Assembly (NCBI GenBank): GCA_036013055.1
Contig: DASCQM010000001.1
Location: forward strand, 39,015 to 103,014
Direction: 5' to 3'
Origin: Dehalococcoidia bacterium
GTDB taxonomy: Bacteria; Chloroflexota; Dehalococcoidia; UBA2979
DNA length: 64,000 nucleotides
Part shown: piece by piece, positions 1 through 8,882 of the stretch
Layout of the letters: each line of letters opens with the position of its first letter
How positions within the stretch are numbered: the first letter of the stretch is position 1
Translations under genes and position numbers: made by a program
Notes under the pieces: model-generated
The model's input: the letters and a program-made list of their open reading frames with translations, nothing else
Told to the model about the DNA's origin: nothing
Databases searched by the model: none

Positions 1-692
1 CCGGCCTCCTCGATGATCGGGACGAGCGCGGCGATGTCGTACGGCGAGATCTCGGGTTCGAGCGTCGCCTCCGCCTTGCCCTCCGCCACGAGCAGGTGCG
101 CCCAGAAGTCACCAAACCCACGCGTTCGCCACGCCGAGCGCAGCAGCCGATCAACGTGGTCACCCCAGCGACCGGAGAGGCGCGCGTACGAGCCGTAGAG
201 CAGTTGCGCATCGTCGATCGTCGCGCGGTCGGAGACGCGTAGCCGCTCGCTCGTTCCGCTGTCGGCTGGCAGTGGGCCGCGGAAGGCACCGCCGCCGCGT
301 GCCGCCCACCAGCGAGTGCGCATCGCGGGTGCCGACGCCACGCCGACCTCCTGCACGCCGTCGCGCTCGAATCCGATCAGGGTCGCCCAGACCTCAACGC
401 CTCGCGCGAAGTTGTGGGTGCCATCGACGGGGTCGAGGATCCAGCGCGGCGCGCCGGGTGCGCCCTCGATCGTCGGCTGCTCCTCGCCAAGGATGCCGTG
501 GTCAGGGAAGCGCTCGATGATGCGCTCTCGCAGCATCGCCTCGGTCTCGATGTCCGCGCGCGTGACTAGCGTGCCGTCCGCTTTCGCGCGCACGCCGGAC
601 TCGCCACCGAAGTAGCTCATCGTGATCTGGTCGGCGGCCTCCGCCAGCGCCAGCGCGAAGGCCAGCACCTCGACGTTGTTCGGCCGGGTCAT
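1..692 (-). CDS. hisN: Histidinol-phosphatase, inositol monophosphatase family (3' end runs off the window)
   Basis: Not in the ORF track. Manual translation from ATG at 692 gives MTRPNNVEVLAFALALAEAADQITMSYF...KADGTLVTRADIETE...FPDHGILGEE...RWILDPVDGTHNFARG (IMPase motifs). It lies at the end of a his gene cluster. Confidence 0.85.
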   Translation of the reverse strand, partial: MTRPNNVEVLAFALALAEAADQITMSYFGGESGVRAKADGTLVTRADIETEAMLRERIIERFPDHGILGEEQPTIEGAPGAPRWILDPVDGTHNFARGVEVWATLIGFERDGVQEVGVASAPAMRTRWWAARGGGAFRGPLPADSGTSERLRVSDRATIDDAQLLYGSYARLSGRWGDHVDRLLRSAWRTRGFGDFWAHLLVAEGKAEATLEPEISPYDIAALVPIIEEA

Positions 693-701
693 TCCGCCCC
701 G

Positions 702-1343
702 CTATCCCGCCGCAACGGCGGCGCGAGCTTCGACGAGGTCGCGGACGAACTCGACGGCCGCATGCACGCCGAGCGTCTGCGTTTCCAGTGCCATCGAGGG
801 CTTCGCAGGCGTCTTGCCCTCGACCTGTTCGGGTAGATATGGCAGATGGATGAAGCCGCTCGGGATGTCGCGGCCCGTCTCCGCAAGGTGGTGCTGCACG
901 ACGTAGGTCACCTCGTTGCAGATGTACGTCCCCGCCGTGTTCGAAACGGCAGCGGCTGCCCCGGCCTCGCTGAGGTGCGCAGCAAGGTCCTGTACCGGCA
1001 GACGTGAGAAGTAGGCAGCCGGGCCATCGTCGACGAGCAGCGCCTCGTCGAGTGCCGCATGCTCGTCGTCGCGGTCGATCAACACGTTGATACCGACGCG
1101 CTCCACCGAGAGTCGTTCGCGCCCGCCCGCCTGGCCGAGGCCAAGCCACGCATCGAAGTTGCCGCCGTCCAGCTCCGGCAGCAGCAGTTCGAACGAGACG
1201 CGACCGCGTACCGGTAGCTTGAGCGTCGTCAGTTCAACGTTGCGCGGCGGGTCCGCAGCCAGCGCTCGCAGGATCTCCGCCGAGGGATTGATCGTCTCGC
1301 CGCCGAACGGCTCGAAGCCGGTAAGCAACAGTCGCATGGTCAT
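702..1343 (-). CDS. pcp: Pyroglutamyl-peptidase I
   Basis: LLTGFEPFGG...NPS, VERVGIN (Glu), AGTYICN (Cys) and GFIHLP (His) triad motifs. Confidence 0.93.
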   Translation of the reverse strand: MTMRLLLTGFEPFGGETINPSAEILRALAADPPRNVELTTLKLPVRGRVSFELLLPELDGGNFDAWLGLGQAGGRERLSVERVGINVLIDRDDEHAALDEALLVDDGPAAYFSRLPVQDLAAHLSEAGAAAAVSNTAGTYICNEVTYVVQHHLAETGRDIPSGFIHLPYLPEQVEGKTPAKPSMALETQTLGVHAAVEFVRDLVEARAAVAAG

Positions 1344-1400
1344 CCTCCTCGAACCTCAATTGGCCGTGTTGGTTAGGTAGTTATGTCCTAACCAACGCCG

Positions 1401-2006
1401 CTACGTCGTCAGCGTCTCTTTCGTCGATGGCACGCGCCCTGCGATGCGGCCGTCGGGTCGCGTCGCGGCGTCCATCGCTCGCCCCAGCGCCTTCATCGCC
1501 GCCTCTGCGATGTGGTGGTCGTTCGCGCCCGCGATCTGCGTGACGTGCAGCGTCAGCCGCCCACCGACGGCAAACGACTGAATCACGTGCGAGACCATCT
1601 CCGACGGTGCCTCGCCGATGCGGTCGCCCGCGAAGTCAAAGGAGACTGCCGAGTACGGGCGTCCCGAGATATCGACGACGGCCTGCACCAGCGCCTCGTC
1701 CAGCGGGACGGTCGCGTCTGCCATGCGCACGATACCGGCGCGGTCCCCCAGCGCCTGATCGAACGCCGTGCCTACGGCCAGCGCGACATCCTCCATCGTG
1801 TGGTGGGCGTCTATCTGTAGATCGCCGTCGCAACTGACCTTGAGGTCGAATCGGCCGTGGCGCGCGAAGGCGTCGAGCATGTGGTCGAAGAACCCGATGC
1901 CCGTGGCGATCTCCGCCCTACCCTCACCGTCGATGTTCAGTTCGACGGCGATCGTTGTCTCCGCTGTCTCACGGCTGACGCTGGCGCGCCGCTCACTCTC
2001 GTTCAT
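1401..2006 (-). CDS. hisB: Imidazoleglycerol-phosphate dehydratase
   Basis: RETAET, TGIGFFDHML, IDAHHTMEDV and NDHHIAEA motifs. Confidence 0.97.
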   Translation of the reverse strand: MNESERRASVSRETAETTIAVELNIDGEGRAEIATGIGFFDHMLDAFARHGRFDLKVSCDGDLQIDAHHTMEDVALAVGTAFDQALGDRAGIVRMADATVPLDEALVQAVVDISGRPYSAVSFDFAGDRIGEAPSEMVSHVIQSFAVGGRLTLHVTQIAGANDHHIAEAAMKALGRAMDAATRPDGRIAGRVPSTKETLTT

Positions 2007-3115
2007 GCCTCTGCTCCCAGTTCTTGCGCGACCTCGGCCAGCGCTTCAATCACTCGATCGGTGTCCTCCGCCGTGCCGACGGAGATGCGGATATGGCCGC
2101 GCAGGCGGTCGCTGTCGAAGTAGCGAATGATCACACCACGGCTGCGCAATGCCTCGCGCACCGTCGCGCCATCCGAGCGCAGCAGTCGGCAGAGCAGAAA
2201 GTTCGTGTCGGACGGCCACGGCTCGATCCAACCGGTCGCCTGCAGCGCCTCGAGCAGCCGCTCGCGCTCGGCCGTGATCGTGCACGCGCGCTCGTCGAGC
2301 TCTTCGATGTCCTGCAACGACGCCAGCGCAGCGACCTCCGCCGCGACGTTGAGGCTGTACGGCTGTTTCACGGCCATCGTCGCCAACGCCAGCGCCTCTG
2401 GCATTACCGCGTAGCCGATGCGCATGCCAGCCAGGCCGCCCCACTTGCTGAAGGTGCGAAGCACGACGAGCGGGGCACCCGCCGCCGCCAGCGGCGCCAC
2501 GGATTCCTCCGCTGAGAACTCGATGTACGCCTCATCGATCACGATCAGGGCGCCGGTCTCCAGTAGCTCCTCGATCAACTCGCGAGATGCCGCGTTGCCC
2601 GTCGGATTGTTCGGCGAGGGTAGGAAGACCGCTTTCGCGTCGCGCGCGGCAGCGAGCAGCGACTCGCGGTCCAGCTCCCAGTCCTCGCGGCGCGGCACGT
2701 CGACGACCTCCGCGCCGTACTGCTGGGCGTCGAACGAGTACATGCCGAAGGTCGGTGACGAGATCACGATGCGTTCGCCGGCCTCGATGCAGCAGCGAAA
2801 GACCGCCTCGATCATCTCGTCGGAACCCGCGCCGGCGACGATCGTCGACGCTGGTACGCCGAGCCAACCGGCGAGGGCCGCGCGCAGTTCGCGCTGTTCG
2901 GCGTCCGGGTAGCGGTGGGCGGCGTAGTCGCCTGCCAGCGCCGCGCGCGCCTTCGTCGAAGGGCCGTACGGGTTCTCGTTGGCGTCGAGACGCACGAGGT
3001 CCGAGACCGCAAGGCCGTATTGCGCGGCGATCTGCTCTGGCGCGTCCAGCGTCGCGTAGTCGTCGTACGAGAGCAGCGCCGGGCGCAGCATCTTGGCAGG
3101 TTCGAATGTGGCCAT
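2003..3115 (-). CDS. hisC: Histidinol-phosphate aminotransferase
   Basis: LDANENPYG, SPNNPTG, DEAYIEF and LRTFSKWGGLAGMRIGY motifs. ATG at 3115 overlaps the hisD stop. Confidence 0.95.
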   Translation of the reverse strand: MATFEPAKMLRPALLSYDDYATLDAPEQIAAQYGLAVSDLVRLDANENPYGPSTKARAALAGDYAAHRYPDAEQRELRAALAGWLGVPASTIVAGAGSDEMIEAVFRCCIEAGERIVISSPTFGMYSFDAQQYGAEVVDVPRREDWELDRESLLAAARDAKAVFLPSPNNPTGNAASRELIEELLETGALIVIDEAYIEFSAEESVAPLAAAGAPLVVLRTFSKWGGLAGMRIGYAVMPEALALATMAVKQPYSLNVAAEVAALASLQDIEELDERACTITAERERLLEALQATGWIEPWPSDTNFLLCRLLRSDGATVREALRSRGVIIRYFDSDRLRGHIRISVGTAEDTDRVIEALAEVAQELGAEA

Positions 3116-4455
3116 CAACGGCCCTCCAGGCGGTGTTCGATCGCTCGTGCGTGCGCGGTCAATCCTTCGGCGCGGGCCAGCGTTGCCGCGAACGGCCCGA
3201 CCTCGTGAAACTCTTGCTCGGAGACATCGATCGTCGATGTGATCTTCAGGAAATCGAAGACCGAGAGCGGTCCGGCGAAGCGCGCGGAACCACCGGTCGG
3301 CATCACGTGGCTCGGGCCCGCGACGTAGTCGCCGAGCACCTCCGGCGAGTGCTCGCCGATGAAGATGCCACCGGCGTTCGTCACCTGCTCCACCAGCATC
3401 TCCGGATTCTCGGTCAGAAGCGCCAGGTGCTCCGGCGCGAACTCATTCGCGAGCTCGACCGCCTCGTCGAGGTCAGCCGCGACCACGGCTCCGCCATTCT
3501 CGACCGCCACGCGGGCGACCGACTCTCGCTCAAGGTGGGTGAGTTGCAGCTCAACCTCCGTCGCGACCGCTTCCGCGTGTTCCCGGCTCGTCGTGATCAG
3601 TACCGGAGTCGCCAGTTCGTCGTGCTCCGCCTGCGCGAGCAGGTCGGCAGCGCAGAGATCCGGCGCGGCTGTCGCATCCGCGAGCACGAGCGTCTCCGTC
3701 GGCCCGTAGAGCGCGTCGATGCCGACGATGCCATAGAGCTGCCGCTTCGCGAGCGTCACGAAGACGTTGCCGGGGCCGAAGATCTTGTCGACGCGCGGCA
3801 CCGTCTCCGTGCCGAACGCGAGCGCGGCGATGCCCTGCACCCCGGACGCGCGGAAGATGCGGTGCACGCCCGCCAGGTGCGCGGCCACGAGCTTTAACGG
3901 GTGCACGCTGCCATCGGCGCGCGCAGCCGTCACGCCGACGATCTCCGGAACCTCGGCGACAGTGCCGGGCACCGCAGCGTGGATCACCGTCGACGGCAGC
4001 ACGGTATCGCTGCCGGCCATGTAGATGCCGGCCCGCCGTAGCGGGCTCACGGTCATGCCGATGCCCTCGTGCGTGAACGATCGAGGGCCGTGCTCCATCT
4101 GTCGCTCGTGATAGAGGTGTACGCGATCGAGCGCGACCTCGAGCGCCTCCATCAGCTCTGACGAGACATCGTCGTACGCCGCCATGATCTCGTCGTGCGT
4201 CACCTCCAGCTCCTCGTACGAGGAGCCGTCGAACTGCTGCGAGTAGCGACGGACGGCGGCATCGCCCTCGCTGCGCACGTCTTCGATGATGCGTGAAACA
4301 ACCTCGGCTGCACTCAACTCCTCGCCGAAGATCTCGGCGATGCGGGCGCGGACGTGATCCGGTAGCGCCGGCGCGGTGAGCCGATCCTCGGCGCGGCGCA
4401 GCACCGTGCGACGTGCCTCGTCGGCCCCCTCGACGATGCGCAGTGTGTTGCTCAT
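3115..4455 (-). CDS. hisD: Histidinol dehydrogenase
   Basis: VDKIFGPGNVFV, GIDALYGPTE, DLLAQAEHD, APEHL and GDYVAGPSHVMPT motifs. Start taken at MSNTLRIV (4455), overlapping the upstream stop. Confidence 0.95.
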   Translation of the reverse strand: MSNTLRIVEGADEARRTVLRRAEDRLTAPALPDHVRARIAEIFGEELSAAEVVSRIIEDVRSEGDAAVRRYSQQFDGSSYEELEVTHDEIMAAYDDVSSELMEALEVALDRVHLYHERQMEHGPRSFTHEGIGMTVSPLRRAGIYMAGSDTVLPSTVIHAAVPGTVAEVPEIVGVTAARADGSVHPLKLVAAHLAGVHRIFRASGVQGIAALAFGTETVPRVDKIFGPGNVFVTLAKRQLYGIVGIDALYGPTETLVLADATAAPDLCAADLLAQAEHDELATPVLITTSREHAEAVATEVELQLTHLERESVARVAVENGGAVVAADLDEAVELANEFAPEHLALLTENPEMLVEQVTNAGGIFIGEHSPEVLGDYVAGPSHVMPTGGSARFAGPLSVFDFLKITSTIDVSEQEFHEVGPFAATLARAEGLTAHARAIEHRLEGR

Positions 4456-5201
4456 TTCAGGTACTCCCTCAGTTGTTCCAGCGAGCGATCGACGGTCCAT
4501 TCGAGGAACTCCGCGACGCTCGCCTCGGTGACGTGGTCCATCGTCTCCGCGAGGATCTCCGGCACGTCGCGACCGAACTGCTCGATGTCCTCTTCCGAGT
4601 ACCCGGCGCGCTTGAGGTGGTGGGTGATCATTCGAGGGAAGCGATCCCACGTCGCTGGCTGCGATGTGATGTCACGCACGACCTCGACCCAGCGGCCCAG
4701 CGTCTCCGCTTCGATGAATTCGACAGTGGCGGCCGCCGAGTCGTCGGTGAGCACGTCACGCACGTCACCCATCACCGCCGCCTGCTCACGGGCACGTCGA
4801 TCCATCTCGTACTGGAGCACACGGTCGAGCACGTTGCCGCGCGGCGGATCGTCTTTCCAGACGGTCGCGCCAAAGTAGAGCCGGTAAACACGCTCGATGT
4901 ACTGCTGGTCCATCACCAGGTGCGTGAGAAAACCGGCCATGAAGGCGCGCGTCGGCACGTCCAGCGCCACCGCGTCGCTGAGCCCGGGGTGCTGATCGAA
5001 CATGATCGCGATCGCATCCTGGCTCTCGAAGTTGTCGAGCGAGAAGAAGTGCGTCTCGATGCGGTCGCGTCTGGTCAGTACGCGAATGTCGGGCGCGGTT
5101 GCTCCGAGATAGAACGAGCCGCGATCGGCGTCGATCGACGTGTGCGCGAGCCGATCCGCTAGGATCCGCGCGGTTGCGAGGTGCGATCCGAGCGAGGGCA
5201 T
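4452..5201 (-). CDS. Zinc-dependent phospholipase C-like family protein
   Basis: N-terminal MPSLGSH, then GATAPD, THF and GFLTHLVMD, the metal-ligand pattern of Zn_dep_PLPC-like proteins. Confidence 0.7.
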   Translation of the reverse strand: MPSLGSHLATARILADRLAHTSIDADRGSFYLGATAPDIRVLTRRDRIETHFFSLDNFESQDAIAIMFDQHPGLSDAVALDVPTRAFMAGFLTHLVMDQQYIERVYRLYFGATVWKDDPPRGNVLDRVLQYEMDRRAREQAAVMGDVRDVLTDDSAAATVEFIEAETLGRWVEVVRDITSQPATWDRFPRMITHHLKRAGYSEEDIEQFGRDVPEILAETMDHVTEASVAEFLEWTVDRSLEQLREYLK

Positions 5202-5202
5202 C

Positions 5203-6603
5203 TCAGTTACTCGCCTCCACGCCCGCCCACAGACGGGCGACCAGCTCGTCGCGAAGCGGCCCGCGATCGCCCGCGGGCGCGACCGGCGAACCGATTACAC
5301 AGGCGGTCGACTCCATGATCACGTCAATCATACGCAGCCCGTTGGCGCGCATGGTCTCGCCGGTCTCGGAACCCTCGATCAGAATCTCCGCGTCGTCCGG
5401 CACGAACGCCTCCGACGCCCCGGAGATCGGGATCACGCGGTAGCGGCCAAGGTGTCGCTCACGCGCGTAGTGGTCCGCCAGCGGCGCGTACTCCGACGCC
5501 ACCCGGATCGCCCGCTCGGGGTCGTCGCGACGCCAGTACGCGACCGCTTCGTCGATCGTCTCGGCGGGCAGCGCGTCCGGCACGACCGCGCCGAGCTGGT
5601 ACTTGGAGCGCTTCAGGTCCACGAGTTCCTCGACCGGCGACGTCGGGAAGGTCGCAAGGTGCGCCGAGAGCCAGTCGCGACCCGTCAGCGCGAGGTCGAA
5701 GAGGCCGAGGGCGACCGCGCTCGGCATGTCCTGCGGGCGGAGCACCTTCACCTCGACGCCGGCCATCCCCGACGCGGGACGCCGCACCGCCTGCGCATCG
5801 TCGTAGCCCTCAAAGGCGATGCCGGCATCGGTCAGCGCGGCCACCGCGTGGCGTTGCGCGTGCCCGTCGGGCACCGCGAGACGCAGTGAGGTGCGAGCCG
5901 AAATCGCGGGTGCGTTACGCCCGCCATTGCGTTCGATCGTCGGCGGTACCTCCAGCGCGGTCTCGGGCCGGCCGGCCGGCAGCTGCATCAGCGCTTCGAG
6001 CGCCTGCCGCAGATCCTTGCCTGCCAGCGCCTCGCGGTTGCCGATCAGTCGCGCACCGCCCGCCTGCACCACGGCGACGGTTGATAGCCCCTCGGCAGCA
6101 GAAGCTACTTCGGAACAGACCGCAAAGTCGGCGTCCTCCGGTGGCCACGCCTCAGCCTGTCCCCAGACGTTAAAGACGCGGTAGTTCGGGACACGGATGC
6201 GGTTGAGGAACTTCGTCGCGAGGTTCGGGTACTCCGTCGCGACGCGCACGGCGGCGCCCCCCGCGAGGTCGTCGAATCCAACGCCAGCCGCACCAGCGAG
6301 CACCAATCGCTGCGTGCCGACATCGAGCGATCGCAGCGTCACGATCGACTCGTGGCGGTAACGCGCGAGCAGTTCTTCAACCCAGACGCCACTGGTGATC
6401 CCGAGGTCGTACTGGCCGAGCGCCACCTGAATCGGGATGTCGCGATCGGCGAAGACTCGCACGAGCACCTCTGGGCGACCGTCGACGTCGAAGCGGTAGT
6501 TTCGTGAGCCCTCGCCGTAGCCTTCGGCAACGAATCCAACCGCCGCGAGGCGCTCCGCCAGCGGGTCTCTGAGGTCGCCACGGGGCAGTGCGACGCGGAT
6601 CAT
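5203..6603 (-). CDS. hisG: ATP phosphoribosyltransferase with two tandem short-form HisG domains
   Basis: Two copies of the HisG pattern: IRVALPRG / LRLAVPDG, DIPIQVALGQYDLGIT / DMPSAVALGLFDLALTG, and RVATEYP / RVASEYA. Adjacent to hisZ. Confidence 0.9.
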   Translation of the reverse strand: MIRVALPRGDLRDPLAERLAAVGFVAEGYGEGSRNYRFDVDGRPEVLVRVFADRDIPIQVALGQYDLGITSGVWVEELLARYRHESIVTLRSLDVGTQRLVLAGAAGVGFDDLAGGAAVRVATEYPNLATKFLNRIRVPNYRVFNVWGQAEAWPPEDADFAVCSEVASAAEGLSTVAVVQAGGARLIGNREALAGKDLRQALEALMQLPAGRPETALEVPPTIERNGGRNAPAISARTSLRLAVPDGHAQRHAVAALTDAGIAFEGYDDAQAVRRPASGMAGVEVKVLRPQDMPSAVALGLFDLALTGRDWLSAHLATFPTSPVEELVDLKRSKYQLGAVVPDALPAETIDEAVAYWRRDDPERAIRVASEYAPLADHYARERHLGRYRVIPISGASEAFVPDDAEILIEGSETGETMRANGLRMIDVIMESTACVIGSPVAPAGDRGPLRDELVARLWAGVEASN

Positions 6604-7592
6604 CGGTCCGCCACCAATTCGGCGATGCGCAGCAGGTTCGCGGCGAATCCGGATGCCGGAGCCTGCCGATCACCGAGCGCGCCGCTCAACCGGTCGTATC
6701 TGCCGCCGGTCACCAGCGGTCGTTCGTCGGCACTGACGACGAAGGTGAGGCCGGAGTAGTACTCGAAACTGCCCGCTGCTGAGGGCCGCACGAGCGCGAC
6801 GCTCCCCGCCTGCTGCAGCGCGTTCGTCGCAGCTTCGAGCTCGTCGAGGGCGCGCCCCGCTTCGGCGTTCCCGGGCAGCGCGGCGCGCAGGTTGGCGAGG
6901 TACGCCGGGGTGCTGCCATCGACGTCGAAGAGCAGCCGCACGGCGGAAGCACCGTCCGGGTTCGCCCCGACCAGCTCGTCGATCACCGCGTCATCGCCGG
7001 CAAGCAGGCGGTCGTATGCCGCGACCTGCTCCGGCTGGTCGAGCCCGGCCGCCGCGAGCACGGCGCGCACCAGTCCGGCGTGGGCGATCTCGTAGCGGAC
7101 GTCATCGAACCCGAGTTCGATCAGGAAGTCCCGCGCCAGCGTCAGCAGTTCGATGTCGGCCTCTGGGGCTTCGATGCCGAAGAGCTCGACGCCGCACTGC
7201 CAGATCTCACGGTCGCCTGTCGGGTCGAATCGGTAGACCGGCTGCACGTAGCAGAGCCGCGCCGCGCCGCCACCGTTCTGCTGCTCCTCGTACCAGCGCG
7301 CCGCCGGCACTGTGCTGTCCGGTCGCAGTACGACCCGCTCCCCGCTCCAGCCATCCCAGTCGAGGAACGAGTAGACGCCGTCGAGGAGCTGCGGCGAGAG
7401 CGATCCCGTGGCGGTGTAGAGGTGCAGGGGTTCCAGCGCCGGCGTGCGGATCTCGCGGTATTCGCTGCGCGCGCAGACATCGAGGAACGCGCGCTCCACG
7501 CGTCGGAAGCGCGCCATCTCATCGGGACCCATGTCACGCATGCCGCTGCTGCGCAGCCCTTCGTCGCTTGTCTCGCTACTCGCTGGGGGCAT
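6600..7592 (-). CDS. hisZ: ATP phosphoribosyltransferase regulatory subunit
   Basis: HisRS-like core (GMRD, EIRTPALE, VLRPDST, QCGVEL, EYYSG, GGRYD) with no anticodon-binding domain. First gene of the his cluster. Confidence 0.9.
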   Translation of the reverse strand: MPPASSETSDEGLRSSGMRDMGPDEMARFRRVERAFLDVCARSEYREIRTPALEPLHLYTATGSLSPQLLDGVYSFLDWDGWSGERVVLRPDSTVPAARWYEEQQNGGGAARLCYVQPVYRFDPTGDREIWQCGVELFGIEAPEADIELLTLARDFLIELGFDDVRYEIAHAGLVRAVLAAAGLDQPEQVAAYDRLLAGDDAVIDELVGANPDGASAVRLLFDVDGSTPAYLANLRAALPGNAEAGRALDELEAATNALQQAGSVALVRPSAAGSFEYYSGLTFVVSADERPLVTGGRYDRLSGALGDRQAPASGFAANLLRIAELVADR

Positions 7593-7656
7593 CGGTGGTC
7601 TCCTGGCAGGGTTGTCTCGTCATTGTGGCTGGTCTCGGGCAAGTTCGTTTCAGGCA

Positions 7657-7688
7657 AGAAAAAACCGCGGCGGCATCGCCGTCGCGGT
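7657..7688 (-). terminator. Attenuator terminator upstream of hisZ
   Basis: Minus strand reads ACCGCGACGGC-GAT-GCCGCCGCGGT followed by TTTTTCTT, between the leader ORF and hisZ. Confidence 0.8.
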
Positions 7689-7714
7689 AGTCGATTCAGG
7701 CCCTGTCCGAGGAA

Positions 7715-7798
7715 CTACGGGCGCACACGACCATCCGACGGCGAGGTTCGCCGCTCGGCATGCGCGTGAGTCGCGACCACTGAAGTTCGTGTCTTCAT
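7715..7798 (-). CDS. Putative his operon leader peptide MKTRTSVVATHAHAERRTSPSDGRVRP (27 aa)
   Basis: Short ORF with His-Ala-His, directly upstream of an intrinsic terminator and hisZ. A TACGCT -10-like box lies 8 nt upstream of the ATG. Confidence 0.65.
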   Translation of the reverse strand: MKTRTSVVATHAHAERRTSPSDGRVRP

Positions 7799-7857
7799 CG
7801 CCAGAAAGCGTACGAACGAACTGGTAACACGGTCAAGCGACCGCTACTGCTCGCCCA

Positions 7858-8658
7858 TTAGCCGCTCGACGACGGCGGCGCGGTTGTCACATCGCCCGCC
7901 GAGAACGGCTGCGTCGTGCCGTCGGCGAGCCGCAGCACGAGTTCCCCGTGCTCGCTGACGTCGAATGCTTCGCCCTCGACCACGCCCGACGGCGTCGCGA
8001 GCCGGACGCGCGTGCCGAGGGTGATCAGGCGGCCGCGCCACTGCTCTATCAGGGCGGCGGGGTCGGCGTCGAGCAGATCGCTCCATCGTTGCAGCGAGTA
8101 CGAGAGCGCCGCCAGCAGACTTTCGAGGTCGGGCGGATCGCCGCCTGCACCCTCGATGCTCGTGGCGGTCGTCAGTAGTTCCGCTGGCGGATCGCGCAGG
8201 TCGCGGACGTTGATGCCGATGCCTAGGAAGACATCGAGCGCGGCCCCGTGCCGCGCCTCGGCGAGCACGCCGACGAGCTTGCGGTCTTCGTACAGCACAT
8301 CGTTCGGCCACTTGATGTCGGTCGGCAGATCGCTCGTCTCGCGGATCGCGTCGGCCGCGGCCAGCGCGCCCGCAGCGCTCAATAGCGGCGCGTGCTCGGT
8401 GTGGGCGGGGCGCAGGTGGAAGGTGACGGCGAGCCCGCCGCCCGGCTGCGAGAGCCACGTGCGCCGTTGCCGCCCCCGTCCGGCGGTCTGCTCACCAGCC
8501 ACGTACACGGTACCAACGTCAGCGCCCGCATCGGCACCCGCCCGCGCGTCGTCCATCGTCGATGCGGTCTGCTCGCGATAGCGCACGTTCGCGCCGACGA
8601 CACCGCCCGACGAGGCAGCGTGGAGGGTCTGATAGCGGTCGAGATCAAATGGCGGCAT
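7858..8658 (-). CDS. birA: Biotin--[acetyl-CoA-carboxylase] ligase (no N-terminal HTH)
   Basis: QTAGRGRQRRTW, IKWPNDV, RKLVGVL, GIGINV and C-terminal SAGDV motifs. Confidence 0.93.
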   Translation of the reverse strand: MPPFDLDRYQTLHAASSGGVVGANVRYREQTASTMDDARAGADAGADVGTVYVAGEQTAGRGRQRRTWLSQPGGGLAVTFHLRPAHTEHAPLLSAAGALAAADAIRETSDLPTDIKWPNDVLYEDRKLVGVLAEARHGAALDVFLGIGINVRDLRDPPAELLTTATSIEGAGGDPPDLESLLAALSYSLQRWSDLLDADPAALIEQWRGRLITLGTRVRLATPSGVVEGEAFDVSEHGELVLRLADGTTQPFSAGDVTTAPPSSSG

Positions 8659-8721
8659 GGCGTTGCGGTCGAGGATACCTGTCGCTGCTTTGTGCCGGAG
8701 AGTTTGTCGCCAGACGCAGAA

Positions 8722-8745
8722 ACGCCCCGGAAGATTCCGAGGCGT
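8722..8745 (-). terminator. Terminator-like hairpin closing the small 8787-8855 unit
   Basis: Minus strand ACGCCTCGGA-ATCT-TCCGGGGCGT followed by a short TTTCT tail. Confidence 0.55.
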
Positions 8746-8786
8746 CCTGACAAGTCTACGGGCTATGAACCCGTGAGCATCCTCGC

Positions 8787-8855
8787 TTAGGAGCTCTTCT
8801 CCGTGGAGAAGATGCCCAGGTGGTTCACAGCCTTGCGACTAGAACAATAACCCAT
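8787..8855 (-). CDS. Small ORF MGYCSSRKAVNHLGIFSTEKSS (22 aa), or dual-function sRNA
   Basis: Preceded by AGAAAGGAGGTGAT and its own promoter-like elements; followed by hairpins. Confidence 0.5.
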   Translation of the reverse strand: MGYCSSRKAVNHLGIFSTEKSS

Positions 8856-8882
8856 TAGACATCACCTCCTTTCTTGCCCTCG

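Noticed and set aside
8861-8874. 16S rRNA fragment (ATCACCTCCTTTCT on the + strand)
   Set aside because: The flanks show no other 16S similarity. It is better explained as an extended SD on the minus strand.
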